Shown here piece after piece: positions 25,961-39,274 of a stretch of 64,000 nucleotides of DNA (within the stretch, counting starts at the first letter, position 1; each line of letters opens with the position of its first letter). The stretch lies in contig OZ024742.1 in assembly GCA_964016885.1 (NCBI GenBank), positions 75,640,001 through 75,704,000 of the forward strand. The letters are read 5' to 3'. The position numbers and the translations under genes are program-made. The stretch comes from Eledone cirrhosa. Its lineage: Eukaryota. The notes beneath the pieces were generated by a model. The model did no database searches. It was not told where the DNA came from and saw only the letters and a program-made list of their open reading frames with translations.

Positions 25961-26278
25961 TCTTTTAAGTAAAAAGAAATTCAAACACAAACTGGTGCGA
26001 AAGCTGATGTGATTATTCACGTGATGGCATCAACCAACTAAACTTCACTCATATACGAAAAACAACCTGAACCCCCCCCCCTCCCCTTTTAGAGGTAAAT
26101 ATAATAAGGACTTGTAATGCGAACTGGCGCGAAATTTATTATACTTATTCACCAAAAAAAAAAAATTACTTCTCTAAAAACCTAGCATTTCCAACAACCT
26201 TTTTCCATATAAAACTGAAGTAACATTCAAACACCAACCAGATGTGAGAAAAACCACAAACCCTTCATCTCAATTCTA

Positions 26279-26314
26279 CTTTTGAAAAGCAGAAGAACTG
26301 CGAAACCGGTAAAG
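26279..26314 (+). ncRNA. Hammerhead ribozyme, U3-A8 core variant
   Basis: CUU UUGAAAA GCAG-AAGAA-CUGC GAAA CCGG UA/AAG. Confidence 0.65.
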
Positions 26315-26388
26315 GAACCAAATAAATATATGTTTAAAAAAAAGACTCCATTTGCATTTTCGATTTCTTCTTTTTTCGTTATATATAT

Positions 26389-26436
<48 letters not shown>

Positions 26437-26448
26437 TTATATATATCG

Positions 26449-26502
<54 letters not shown>

Positions 26503-26503
26503 T

Positions 26504-26534
<31 letters not shown>

Positions 26535-26579
26535 TTATATATATATATATATAGTTATATATATATATATATATATCGT

Positions 26580-26650
<71 letters not shown>

Positions 26651-26662
26651 TTATATATATCG

Positions 26663-26728
<66 letters not shown>

Positions 26729-26729
<1 letters not shown>

Positions 26730-26926
26730 ACGAAGGAAATGCGGTAAGGAACCAGGTGGACCATAACGCACCAAAGTACTCAATACTTAGGGTAGTAGAG
26801 TGGGTAATAGGAACGAGTAGGACCCGACGGCTGAGCTCAAGCCGTTTCGACGGCTAATTCTGGACTACATTAGTCCAGAATTAGCCGTCGAAACCGCTTG
26901 AGCTCAGCCGTCGGGTCCTACTCGCT

Positions 26927-26930
<4 letters not shown>
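26729..26930. mobile_element. ~200-bp hairpin mini-element in (TA)n (copy A) carrying the 3' half of a hammerhead
   Basis: Arms 26808-26867 and 26871-26930 with a 3-nt loop; homologous copies at 27557, 43270 and 48154. Confidence 0.85.
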
Positions 26931-26981
<51 letters not shown>

Positions 26982-26989
<8 letters not shown>

Positions 26990-27284
26990 ATATTTGGGGA
27001 GGGTCTTATTGTTAAAATATTACCATAAATAATAATAGAACGCACTCACTGTTTGGTGTAAGATGGTTTTCGCTTCTGTATCTTTTATATCGCCATAGTT
27101 AATTCATCTGGCAATCCATGTTTATCAATGATTGACCAACGGTTAAAAATACAGATATAAATATATATATATATAGTTTGTGACATCATCAGAGGTATTA
27201 TTATGCAGTAGGCATTACAATACAACGGGAGGACATAATAGTGCCACTGATGATGTCACAGATGTGCGACGAAAGAACTTTGAT

Positions 27285-27315
<31 letters not shown>

Positions 27316-27459
27316 TAATTTATATCTGTATTTTTAACCGTTGGTCAATCAATGATAAATTGATCAATTGATTACCATACAAATTAACTATGGATATGCA
27401 AAAAATACAGAAGCGGACACAAATTATAACAACATGCATCTCCCCAAATATAACAATAT
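26982..27459. mobile_element. Older diverged fold-back element with a degenerate hammerhead (CUGAUGA at ~27247)
   Basis: Inverted arms (e.g. TGATTGACCAACGGTTAAAAATACAGATATAA and its reverse complement) plus an inner hairpin. Confidence 0.6.
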
Positions 27460-27492
27460 GTTTCAACACACGATTTCATATCAAAAACCTTG

Positions 27493-27556
<64 letters not shown>

Positions 27557-27560
<4 letters not shown>

Positions 27561-27765
27561 GGAACAAGTAGGACCCCGACGGCTGAGCTCAAGCCGTTTC
27601 GACGGTTAATTGTGGACTAAATGATTTAGTCCAGAATTAGCCGTCGAAACGGCTTGAGCTCAGCCGTCGGGGCCTACTCGTTCCTATTACCCACTCTACT
27701 ACCCTAAGTATTGAGTACTTTGGTGCGTTATAGTCCACCTGGTTCCTTACCACATTTCCTTCGCT
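27557..27765. mobile_element. Hairpin mini-element copy B (opposite orientation to A)
   Basis: Palindrome centred at 27623; same unique tail as copy A. Confidence 0.85.
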
Positions 27766-27778
27766 ATATATATATATA

Positions 27779-27848
<70 letters not shown>

Positions 27849-28005
27849 TAGACGAACGGCCGCGAGCTCGGCGGTTTCGGCTAGAGGTAACTAGCCGAAC
27901 GCGAAGAGGAACCACTAATTTTACTAATATATAAATTCTGTATCATATTAAGTATCGAGTACTTCTCTGATTTGTGGTTTTCTTGGTCCCAGTACTGCAA
28001 ATTAT

Positions 28006-28041
<36 letters not shown>

Positions 28042-28063
28042 TATATATAAATTATATATATAT

Positions 28064-28108
<45 letters not shown>

Positions 28109-28146
28109 CAGGAGGCTGGACTGTTGTAAATCCTTGAAAGTTTATT

Positions 28147-28204
28147 ATACTATGATCATTTCAATGACCGGGTTCCATATGAATCCGGTGATATCATCAG
28201 GTAT
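28147..28204 (-). ncRNA. Type I hammerhead with partly decayed helix II
   Basis: AUAC CUGAUGA ..ACCGG..CCGGU.. GAAA UGAUCA UA/GUAU. Confidence 0.65.
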
Positions 28205-28984
28205 TTGAATAATATAATAAAGGAATATGTAAAAACCATTGGTCCGAAAAATCAGAGACAGAGAGGGTGACTGACCAACATGCTCTCTTCACCTCGGCCA
28301 GTTGCCCTCAAAGTGATGGCAACTCGATCTGCTAATGACCATCTGGTGCTTGGGCAACGGCTTATAATGTACTACCACTCTCCGTCAAAGAATAACAAAT
28401 AAAAAAGAAGAAGAAAGAAAGAAAGAAAGAGAGAAGAAAAAAAGGAAAAAGAAAAAAAGAAGTCAGCGTAAGGGTCACACTACAGTCAAGCTAGAAAACG
28501 CCGCGAAAAACGTTATTCTAAAGAATCTATATTTTAACAAGGGCATATATAATGGGTGTCTGTATTGTCTAATGTGTGAACAGAAATTTGGAACGTTAAA
28601 CTTATGTTACGAGTTATAGGATGAAATTAAATTAAAAAATAATAAATTGAAAATTGGAAAATAAATAAAAAAATTTAAAAACATTTTTTAATGAACTTAC
28701 AGAGAGAGTCTTATATGAAAAAGTTAATCTCGATAAGATATGAGGGTGAGATAAAGATTAAATCCTTCGGATGTGAATCCCAGCTATCACCTCCAGTTTC
28801 GAGTGGTATCGTCCAGCGAAAGAAATGGAAATTAATTTTTCCGAGTACTCTAGGAACATAGCTACACTAGGCGCCGGGTGTGCTAGCGGGAACTCTACAA
28901 TTTCGACAGGCCATCGTCAATACCAAACGAATACTATTAATACACACATGAAGGGTTTATTTACGTGCCAGTAGAGGCATGATA

Positions 28985-29305
28985 CAGCTAATTCACACGA
29001 CCTCTACCGACCAATCAAAATTGTTTTGACCACAAGAATTTTTGCAACACCAAACTAGCGCTGGAGCCACTTTTTTAACATAAAAAGAGGTACAATTCCC
29101 AAAACTAATCAGATCAGAGCAAACAACACGGACACTCTATCTCAAAATTATTTTTGAAAAGCATTTAGAAATGCGCAACCGGTAAAAGCTTAAAAACTTA
29201 AAACCACAACTGAATACTAACCCATACAATTACTAATACTCTTTCATTCCTAATTAGACCATTTTTCAACTGCGAACAATTTTTCAGCATTTTCTATTCC
29301 GTTTA

Positions 29306-29310
<5 letters not shown>
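28985..29310 (+). mobile_element. Diverged PLE pseudo-LTR remnant with a mutated U3-A8 hammerhead (29151-29187)
   Basis: UUU UUGAAAA GCAUU-UAGA-AAUGC GCAA CCGG UA/AAA; patchy similarity to 25990-26365. Confidence 0.5.
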
Positions 29311-29352
<42 letters not shown>

Positions 29353-29919
29353 ATAAGCATATATAATGGTGAGCCCAGGAATGTCCTCTCCATATTCGGA
29401 TTAACGCATCAATCAACGTTAATGGAATTTTTATTTCATTACTGACAATTATTTCTAAGATCGATTACAACATAGTAAATTGATCACGCAGGACAATACT
29501 TTGAGCAATTATATTAATTTACAAATTAATTTGCAACTCATTACAATTATGAAATTATCGAATATTTTACATTTTAATCAAAATAATGAATAAGTAATAA
29601 TTACAAAGATTATAGTGTGCCATGCGTCTAATAATTTGTTTTGAAATGTATTCAAATCAGTTAAAATATTTTGGGTCGTCTTTTTCTTTTAATTGTTTTA
29701 TTTTTAGACTTGTCCTGCGGTTGGGCATCTAATCAAACGATTTTAACGATATCGACCCATAGTTCATTTTAGGCTGTCAGATATTTTATTTATTACCATT
29801 TGTTGAAATGGATAATATTGAGAGGTACACAAGATAATTATTTGACACGTGAAAATCTAAACTGTGAAACTGTTTATATTCACACACACACACACACATA
29901 TATATATAATATATGTTTT

Positions 29920-32441
29920 TTTTTATGGGCGACTTTAATCTACCCTGTGTTGATTTGTCTACAAACATTTGAAACGAGGCACTCCCACCTCAAACTCTGA
30001 CAAAGAAGCAGTCGAGTCACTTCTCGACTTTATGAATGAGTTTTTCTTGTCCCAATTTGTCCTTGCACCAACAAAGCATCGGAAGAACATTTTGAACCTA
30101 GTGTTTAGTAACCATACTAACACTCTACATAATATTACAGTGGAAAAAAAACCCTTCTTTCCGACCTTCTTTGTAACCTGAGGTTCCAGCAGCTGAAAGC
30201 CATGGGACATCTTTCCAGCCATAAGGACCTCTTTCCAGCCCACCCATATGATAACATGGATCTCTATAATGCCAACTGGGATGCAATCATGAACGAGCTA
30301 TCACATATTGACTGGTCTTTTACACACGCACTCATTTCCACCAACATCGAAACGCCTTTTGCAGATCTTTGTAGACACTGTCACAAATATATGTGTAAAA
30401 CACACCCAACCAAAACCTGTGAACAAAACTAAGTGCAGTATCCCCCAAAAGAGAAAAGCTATTATCAGAAAAATAAAAAGAACAAACAAAACGATTAACA
30501 CACTAAAATACTGTCAACAGCAACACACACATTCGACGGTTATCGCACTGTTTGAATCAAATAAATATAACCTCCAATAATGCATGAATACCATCTTCAA
30601 TAATCAAAGAACAGCTGAAGAGAAATGAAGAGAAATGATTGAGAAAATCAAACTCAACCCGAAAGGGTACTTTTCATTTGCGACTAAAACACAAAGCCAC
30701 TGTCTCCACTGTTGGCCCTCTAATTGACGAAAATGGCACACTCCAAGATAATGCCAAAACCATGGGCGAGATACTGCAGGAACAATACTGCTCTGTTTTC
30801 AGCAATCCTAATATGTCTGATCTGGACTGTATCAGTAATGTTAATCCCCAGCACACTATATCTGACATAACGTTTGGTGTCCCTGATGTCTTAGCGGCAA
30901 TAAATGAAATCACCTCTTGCTAATCTGTGGAGGAACTCACTGGATACTGGCTATAGTCCTGAAAACTTTCTTTCCTAGTCCGTTGTCCCAGTTTTCTAAA
31001 AGGGAAACAAGTCCCTTGCAGTGAACTACCGTCCGATCTCACTCACCTCTCATATCGTCAAGGTATTTGAGAGAATGGTGAGATCACGAATAACCCACTT
31101 TCTCGAAAGAAATGGACTGCTGACCTACAGCCAACATGGGTTCCGTAATGGAAGGGACTGCCTAATGTAGCTCCTGCATCACTTTGATGATGTTTTGGGA
31201 GCTTTGAGAGAGGGCTCCAACACTGATATCATCTATCTTGATTTCAGCAAGGTCTTTGACAGGGTTGATCATGAGATTCTATTGAAAAAACTATACAACA
31301 TTGGTGTTTCTGGAAAGTTACTACAGTGGATCAAGTGTTTCCTGACAGACAGAACCCAACATGTTGTAGTCGCAGGAGTAAAATCAAGCCCAGCCTAAGT
31401 TAGCAGTGGCTCCCGCAAGGCACTGTGTTGGGCCCGCTTCTTTTCATCAACTAAATTAATGACATTACTGACACTATCAAGCACAGTGACATAAGAAACT
31501 TTGCAGATGGTTCCAAGCTGCAAAGGTTCATCAATGAGGTGGGTGACCGGACTTGCCTTTAGTCAGACCTACTGGCTGTTATCCAACGGACAGAAAAGAA
31601 CAATATGCTGCTGAATGAGGATAAGTTCGAGTTAATCCACTGCGGAAAAAAACGATGCCCTGAAACTCCCATGCTCTCTTTCCTGAGGTAAAACTCTCGT
31701 GGCATCCAAAAACATCAGAGACCTGGGAGTAATTGTGGACAACAACATAAGCTGGGCCACTCATATAAACAGCAAAGTTGACATGACCCGCAGAATGTGT
31801 TCCTGGATTCTCAGAACCTTCCATTAGATAGATATCCACACTGTTATCCTTCTCCTCTCCACATTCGCCCGACCCCCACCTTTAAAACTGTTGTTCACTG
31901 TGTTCACTCCACACGAAACAATGTATTATGAAAGTTGAAGCACCTCAAAAGTCAATTACAAAATTAATAGGTGGCATGACAGGTCTTGACTATTGGAGTC
32001 GATTGAAAAAGCTCAACCTTTTATCTCTGCAACGTCGCCTTGAGCAATTATCTGCATGATGTGGTAAATATTCATCAGCATTGCCCAAATGATGTTGGCA
32101 TCACCTTTAAGGTACACCCAAGGCTTGGTCCCCGTGCTATCTGCCCACGATAAAAATCTCACTCGCATCTCATAACAACAATACGGCACAGTTATTTCAC
32201 CTCAATTGGCCTCGCTCACTTTAAAATTACACCAAAACACATTAAAACGGAAACAGACCCCATAAAGTTCAAGAAGTCTTTGGACAAATTCCTTCAAGAA
32301 ATCCCGGATATGCCTCCGTAAACAATAACTCTTTACTTGAGTGGGCCATGGTGCCCAAATGCTGATTTGAAAGATCGCCAGGTGGTGCTATTAAGTTAGA
32401 CATGGCCTGGGCCAATAATGGCCGAAACCTATCAAAGTATC
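29920..32441 (+). mobile_element. Decayed 5'-truncated CR1/L2-group LINE (APE C-terminus + RT)
   Basis: MGDFNLP, NILNLVFSN, NYRPISLTSHIVKVFERMV, QHGFRNGR, YLDFSKVFDRVDH, QGTVLGPLLF, FADGSKL, RDLGVIVDNNISW; many stops and frameshifts. Confidence 0.88.
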
Positions 32442-32548
32442 ATTTTATATATCTAAACTATAATAAAGTAAGGAGCGCGGGACTGCGTGCGGTTTATAAT
32501 GTTTTTATTACATTAGTAAAATAAGTTGCATTACTTTGAATAAATAAT

Positions 32549-32727
32549 TGTTTCTACTTTAGGCACAAGGCCAGCAATTATCCAGTGCATTACTAGTACT
32601 TTATTTTATCGCCCCCGTAAGGATGAAAGGCAAAGTCAACCTCGGCGGGATTTGAACTCAGATCGTAAAGGGACGTAACTATGCTGGAAAGCATTGCGTC
32701 CGACCCTCTACGGATACTGCCAATCCA
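32549..32727 (-). mobile_element. tRNA-derived SINE
   Basis: Highly similar to 507-687; tail again abuts ATAAT. Confidence 0.85.
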
Positions 32728-33285
32728 ATGAATGAATATTACAAAATTTATCTACTAAATTGTGAGGCTGTTGATTAAATATATTTTTTTATTTAAAGAT
32801 TCACTTCTTTAAAATTTCTGAAATGTCAACAGTTCCGGTTGGCCATCGCTTAAATAAACATGCTAATTTTCTCCTAATGCAGTTCATATATATAATATCG
32901 TCTTTTTTAATGTATCATCGATTACGTTACTGATTAAATAAGTCAGTGTAACGCAGTCTTCGTTCAATTTCTATGTATTATATATTGTCAATTACGATTT
33001 TATTTGATGTATATACCTGCGTATAATATCAATAATATCTTCTCTCTTTCTCCTTCCTTTTCCTTTTCTTTTTTCTTTTCTCTCTCCTTTACATATCCTC
33101 TTCTTCCAACAGTTTAATTTAAATAAACCGTTATCTTTTCAACTTTTCGAACAGTCATTTGCATACTCACTCATAACTTTGTATTACTCTCAATAAAATA
33201 TTATCTCCACTATCCAGGAAGCTCCAACCATTAAGGTTGTCTTTTTTCCGGGTATCTCAATATTTATTTATTAAACAAATCTGTA

Positions 33286-33342
33286 TTTTATCTGATGAAA
33301 GCGCACTATAATTTGATTGCCCTTGAAATATATATAATAAAA
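33286..33342 (+). ncRNA. Type I hammerhead ribozyme
   Basis: UUUUAU CUGAUGA AAG-C-GCA..UGC-C-CUU GAAA UAUAUA UA/AUAAAA. Confidence 0.7.
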
Positions 33343-33502
33343 TAAATATGGTTTTATAAATATAGTTTCCATTTATTAATATATTGTGTATTTACTCCAC
33401 TCATTGTTGAGTGATTTATATCAGTTATACATGTTTAAGCTTGTTGAATCCCAACAAATTAAATATAACCTCTGCATATATATATATATATATATATATA
33501 TA

Positions 33503-34230
33503 ATGGAAGATTTTAACAGGAACAAAACAGAGAGGCAGTACAACGAATGTTTATTAATTTCACGGTCTTGAGAGTGGGGTGGTGGTGGGGAACGACGTTT
33601 AGGGCATAAGCCCTTCTTCAGGTGAAAAGTGTGTGTAGGGGAGTGGTGGAAAGACATATAGCAAAAAGGGGGTAGGCGGAAACGGTGGAAATGAAAATAA
33701 AAATAAAAATAAAAATAAAAGCATGATCAAAATAAAATTAAAATAAAATTAAACTGGGGTTAAACAGGTGGTGAAAAGTTGTGGGGCGTGTAGGGGTGGT
33801 GGAGGGTGGAGTGGGGAGAGGGAGACGGGGTGTCCGAGCGGGGAGGGCTGAAGGTGGTGTGTGTGTGTAGGTGTACGTGTGTGTGTGTGTGTATGTGAAA
33901 GCAAGGGTTGGGGAAAGAACGGGGTTGCATGTTCAGGGAGAGGTGTGTGGGGGGGTGGGGCGTAGGTCGGAGTGTGTGTGCGTGTGTGGATAGAGGGGTG
34001 GGGGGAGAGGAATCCGGAGGCTGAATGTGTAAATACGTGGTGGGACGCACGTGTGTGTGTGTGGTGTTTAAGCGTGTTGTGGCTGTAGGTGGCGTGAGGG
34101 AAAAAAAGATGTTTGGGGGTGTGTGTGTGGGTGAGTCGTAAAGGTGATTCCGTAAGAAGATGTGGTAGAATGGTTGGTAAAATCCTAGGATGGTAGTTGA
34201 TTCCACGGTCAAGGTCCACATACGACTAAT

Positions 34231-34232
<2 letters not shown>
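33503..34232 (-). mobile_element. 3' fragment of another PLE (endonuclease tail + 3'UTR + mutated hammerhead)
   Basis: WISRM..DRGIN resembles the GIY-YIG terminal WI..L....GLN; CUGAAGA A GGGC-UUAU-GCCC UAAA CGUCG at ~33591-33621; flanked by (TA)n. Confidence 0.55.
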
Positions 34233-34289
<57 letters not shown>

Positions 34290-34335
34290 TAAACAAATAA
34301 TGAACAAACAATTCCTTATATTAAACAAAAAAAGT

Positions 34336-34488
34336 TCACTATTTAACGATCGTTTCTAGGGTATATATGTGTTATAATTGGTATGCATATTTAACAGATC
34401 TATGTACAAAATTATACAAAATTATACAAATTATCAAGATTAAATATACATACCTAACTCATATATACGCCGTCTTCAGAAATAATGA
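34336..34488 (-). ncRNA. Hammerhead with extended helix II (mirror of 44245-44397)
   Basis: Reverse complement of the right-arm motif. Confidence 0.65.
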
Positions 34489-35258
34489 AGTATATTTATT
34501 GATAATAACAACAATTCAAAATATCAGTTCAAAATTGACCAATGAAAACACAAAGGGTTAAAAGCAGTTTGGTGTGTGTATATACATGTAAAAACCTTAC
34601 ACATATTTTACAATAATGTGTGTATAATTTGTATGTGCATACTAAAAAGATGGATGCAACCACAAAATTTCAAGGTTAATATCTCTGTAAGCTTAATGCG
34701 CTGATAAGATACGCAATGATACTTATGGAGTCAAGCATATAAATATATTTTTTTCATACTCACACATATCAGTATAATCACACATACATGTGCGTATATG
34801 CATAAATATACACATAACCACGAACATACAAACACACACACTCCCCCACTCACATTTCTATATGTGGATATAAAATCATAAGCAAATAGAAATTAAGTCA
34901 CTCACATAAAAACACTGGCACACACATTTCAAGATCAAGATACAGAAATTAGGTGGGAGGGGGGGGGGAGGGGTCAGTATTAGATTGTCAGACCAGACTG
35001 CCTAATATAAATGTATCTATAAATTAAGAAAAATAAAAAAATAAAAACAATAAAATATAATAAATATAATATAATGTACATACACATACAGATATACATA
35101 CACATACATACATGTACGCGCACATAGAGATATCTACACATACATACATACACACATACCTATACAGTCATACGCACACATACATTTACACGAACATACA
35201 CATACACATATAAAAAGATATAAATACACACACACTCACGCGCAACACATACACACAT

Positions 35259-35313
<55 letters not shown>

Positions 35314-35651
35314 TAGACTCATATATATATATATACATATACATATATATATATATAAACATATATATCCCCACACTCATACCACCATAAATACACATAC
35401 AAACACCCACATGTATATATATATATATATATATATATCCACATACACACACGTACACATATATATATATATACATATATACACATACATATATATTTAT
35501 ATATACACACACATAAAAAACAGACATGCACATATATATATATATATATATATATTTCATTACTCTTATATATACACATAGTATATATACAAACACAACC
35601 TCACTTATACACATATACACATAAGTTATATTACAATAATAATAAAGAATA

Positions 35652-35684
<33 letters not shown>

Positions 35685-35832
35685 TATATACATATATATA
35701 TATATATACATACATACATACACATACATACATACACATAAATATATACATACATAAATACACACATACGAAAAGACATATATTCACACATAGACACCTA
35801 TATACACATATATATATATATATATATATATC

Positions 35833-35880
<48 letters not shown>

Positions 35881-37628
35881 CACACACACACACACACACA
35901 GACACACATACACACTCACATATATATATATATATATATATGTGTATGTGAGTGTGCGCAAATACACATATATATACACACACACATACAAACACACACA
36001 AACACATACATATGCATACGTGCACACACACACACATATATCACATAGATACGAAGATAAACATATAAATAGAGAGACATACAAATATATACAGAACCCA
36101 TATACACATACATACAAACACGCATATACATATACATACATATATACACATACATATATTCCTATATACAAGCATACACATACATACACATATATACATA
36201 TACATACACATATACATACCGCACATTCACATACACATACATATATAATACATATATATACATATATATACATACATATGTATGTACGATCATATATACA
36301 CACTCAATCTTACATTCATATTTACATGCTCATATATGTATTTTTATATTTAGAAATAAATACCAAAACCTATATAGACACCCACCTACACATATATTCA
36401 TACATATACGCTTACAAAAACAGATGATAATAGTATGGGGGAAAGGGGGGGTTTGGAGAAGGGGATCAAAGTAAATATATGTTTCAAGAAACATATAATA
36501 TTTTCCGTATCTTAATTCAATGTATGTTCTTACATATTTTCAGTGCTAGGAAATACGAAATCTATGCATCTCAAAACAAAAAAGTATACCATTAATCATA
36601 TGTTAACTAAACCAAAGATAGTCAACATATTGATTTCCAAGGTGTAAATTAGTTAGGTTTATAATATTTGAAGCAGAATTATGAAGTCAAACAGTAGTAG
36701 ATTATTAATTACATTATAACTAAATTAAAGTTAATAACGTTATGGTATCAATATTAGGAGATGAATTTAGTAATAGGGAAAAGAAACCCAAATAAAAATA
36801 AAATAAAGTATTACATCGGTAGTAGCATATAAATTATATGTTAACTAAATTAAAAATTATATATTTATTTCAATAGTATACGTTAATTAGTATATGTTAA
36901 TTAGGTATACAATACATAAAGCAGATATTGTATTTCATCAATAGCATAATATAATTATATGCAAATAAAAATCAAAATTAATACGCATACATATACATAT
37001 ACATACACATACACATACATATACATATACACACATATATATATATATATACATATATATACACATATATACATATATACTCACATAAATATACATACAG
37101 ATACACATAGAACACACACATATACATATACATATAGATATACATATCTTTTTCAAAAAATTGCACAGAATATATTAACTAGGTATATATCCAAAACACA
37201 TCCCATTCTATGATTACATGACATTCTGCAATTCGTCTGTACAAGGATACTAATTTTAAGCAAATTAAAATTAAAGTTTTAGGTTGATTAAAACTAAAAC
37301 CAAATAATAAATATATTTCCAAAATGTATATTAATTAGGTCTATAATACTAAAAATTCTTTCTCCGTCATTGGATACATGATATTATTTTGTTATATTTT
37401 ATCTGTAAAAGAATTATAATAAAAAAAAAAAAAAAAAATTATAATAAAAGGTTAAAATAAATTAAAATTAATCTATAAATTAAATTACTGAGTATATATT
37501 AGTAATATTTAAAGGTTTTTCAAAATTTATGATTACATAATATTTTCTCATCTGTAATAAAATATTAATTAAATTAAATTTATAGGTTAACTAACATTTA
37601 AATTAAATTAAATTCTAGAATAATGTTA

Positions 37629-39272
37629 TTAATTAGGTTTATAATATTTAAATGTTTTTTTTAGTTTATGATTACACGATATAATTAATTCCTGTCTTTT
37701 ATTTAATAAGATATCCCTAGACTTCATTATTTCAAATAGTTCTTGGGAACATAATCTACATTCCTTTCTATTATTTTGATAAGGGGTGGCTCTTTTGAGC
37801 ACACTCCAGGTCAAATCATATTTTATATTTTTATTTTTATAACTATTGATTTTTTCTGCTAGAGATGTTGTATTAGCCAGTGCGGCATTTTTAAAGCTAT
37901 GTTTGTGGGTATTATACCTTGTCTTAAAATTGTTAGAGGTAGCTCCTATATATGAGTAAATAGAATCTTTAGTTTTAACATTACATTTATAGACTATGTT
38001 GTTAACAAGACAATTCCCTTTTAATGGGCAGTTTGTTTTGTTTCTACAGTTACATCCTTTCGTTAATTCTGTATTTGAGGAGATATTATTGTTAATTTGA
38101 TGTACTGGTGGTATACTTATGGTTTTCTTACATTTATATGCATTATATGCACTTATATTTTGTTTTATGTTATTTGTTGTAGAGTATGAGAATTTAACTG
38201 TAGACCTATTTAAGATTTGATGGTATTTGTGGTTTGGCGGGAAGTTTTTCTCAAGGATATAAAAAAATTTTTTAGCAATATTATCCTTAACTTGTAAATT
38301 AAAAGGAGCATTATACCAAGTAACTCGTCTATTACGGTTTCTATGTTGTTTATTATTTTTATTATTTTTATATGTTGTATCATGATTTTTACTAGGAGGA
38401 TTAATGTTAATGATCTCACCACAACTATTTTTAGTTATATTTGTAGATTTAGGTGTTTTATCTTTTTTATTAGGAGTTTTATTATTAATATTTATTATAG
38501 TTGTATGATGAGTAGTTTTTTGAGGGTTACTATACTTTATATTAGAAGATTTAGTATTTTGGGGTATACTGTGGGTGGCATTTAGGTGTGTACTTTTCAT
38601 TTGGTGTTTGTTGGTAATATTATGCTGTATGCTTTCAGTATTTTTAGTAGAAGGTATATACTCTAATCTATTTTTGTGGCCACTTCTATCTAGAGCTTCA
38701 TTATAAAAGGTCGCATTTTTATCAAATACATCTTGGTTAGAAGAAAGGTTAGAAATTCTAAGTGATATATTATATGCAAGGTTTTTAAGGATAGATTTAG
38801 GGTGATTAGATTGTGAGTGTATGTAATGTAAGTTTTGGTTAGGTTTATGGTAAGGTTGGTATATACCCGTAGCTAAATCTAAAGTTATATCTAGGAAATT
38901 TACTACTTTACTTGTTTTTTCAAAAGTAATATTAAGATTATAATAGTCTTTAAGGAAAGTTCTAATATGCTTTTTGTTTTTTTCGATTTCTGAAAGGCTA
39001 AGGTTGTTAGAAAGAAGAAGACAGTCATCACGATATAAACCACCTTTGAGGTGGGGAAAAGAGGCATTTATGTTGAAAAGGAGAAAGAGGCCCACAAGAT
39101 CAGTAATTTGGGCGGAATCGCTTGAACCCATAGTAATATCAAAAAGATTACTGTATGTGTTTCTGGTCCAGTATTCATTCTGAAATTCAATAAGTGTTTG
39201 TCTAGCATGTGTAATAATGTTAATGTCATCCGAAGTTAAATTAGATCTATTTTTAGCAAATATTAATGCTTT
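37629..39272 (-). CDS. Inverted copy of the 5'-truncated PLE ORF (RT C-terminal half + GIY-YIG)
   Basis: Open frame nearly identical to 39275-40927, with substitutions (LEYIPS vs LQYISS; SIYSY vs SICSY). Confidence 0.85.
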   Translation of the reverse strand, partial: KALIFAKNRSNLTSDDINIITHARQTLIEFQNEYWTRNTYSNLFDITMGSSDSAQITDLVGLFLLFNINASFPHLKGGLYRDDCLLLSNNLSLSEIEKNKKHIRTFLKDYYNLNITFEKTSKVVNFLDITLDLATGIYQPYHKPNQNLHYIHSQSNHPKSILKNLAYNISLRISNLSSNQDVFDKNATFYNEALDRSGHKNRLEYIPSTKNTESIQHNITNKHQMKSTHLNATHSIPQNTKSSNIKYSNPQKTTHHTTIININNKTPNKKDKTPKSTNITKNSCGEIININPPSKNHDTTYKNNKNNKQHRNRNRRVTWYNAPFNLQVKDNIAKKFFYILEKNFPPNHKYHQILNRSTVKFSYSTTNNIKQNISAYNAYKCKKTISIPPVHQINNNISSNTELTKGCNCRNKTNCPLKGNCLVNNIVYKCNVKTKDSIYSYIGATSNNFKTRYNTHKHSFKNAALANTTSLAEKINSYKNKNIKYDLTWSVLKRATPYQNNRKECRLCSQELFEIMKSRDILLNKRQELIISCNHKLKKTFKYYKPN

Positions 39273-39274
39273 GA

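Larger units (their letters stand above)
23208..26380 (-). mobile_element. Decayed 5'-truncated Penelope-like element (Neptune-like) with an inverted pseudo-LTR at its 5' side
   Basis: ~23285-23675 and ~25970-26365 are diverged inverted copies enclosing RT and GIY-YIG remnants; flanked by (TA)n. Confidence 0.85.

Noticed and set aside
26729-27765. CRISPR-like or prokaryotic terminator/REP interpretation of the palindromic repeats
   Set aside because: Eukaryotic context, no regular repeat-spacer array and no cas genes; better explained as retroelement fold-backs
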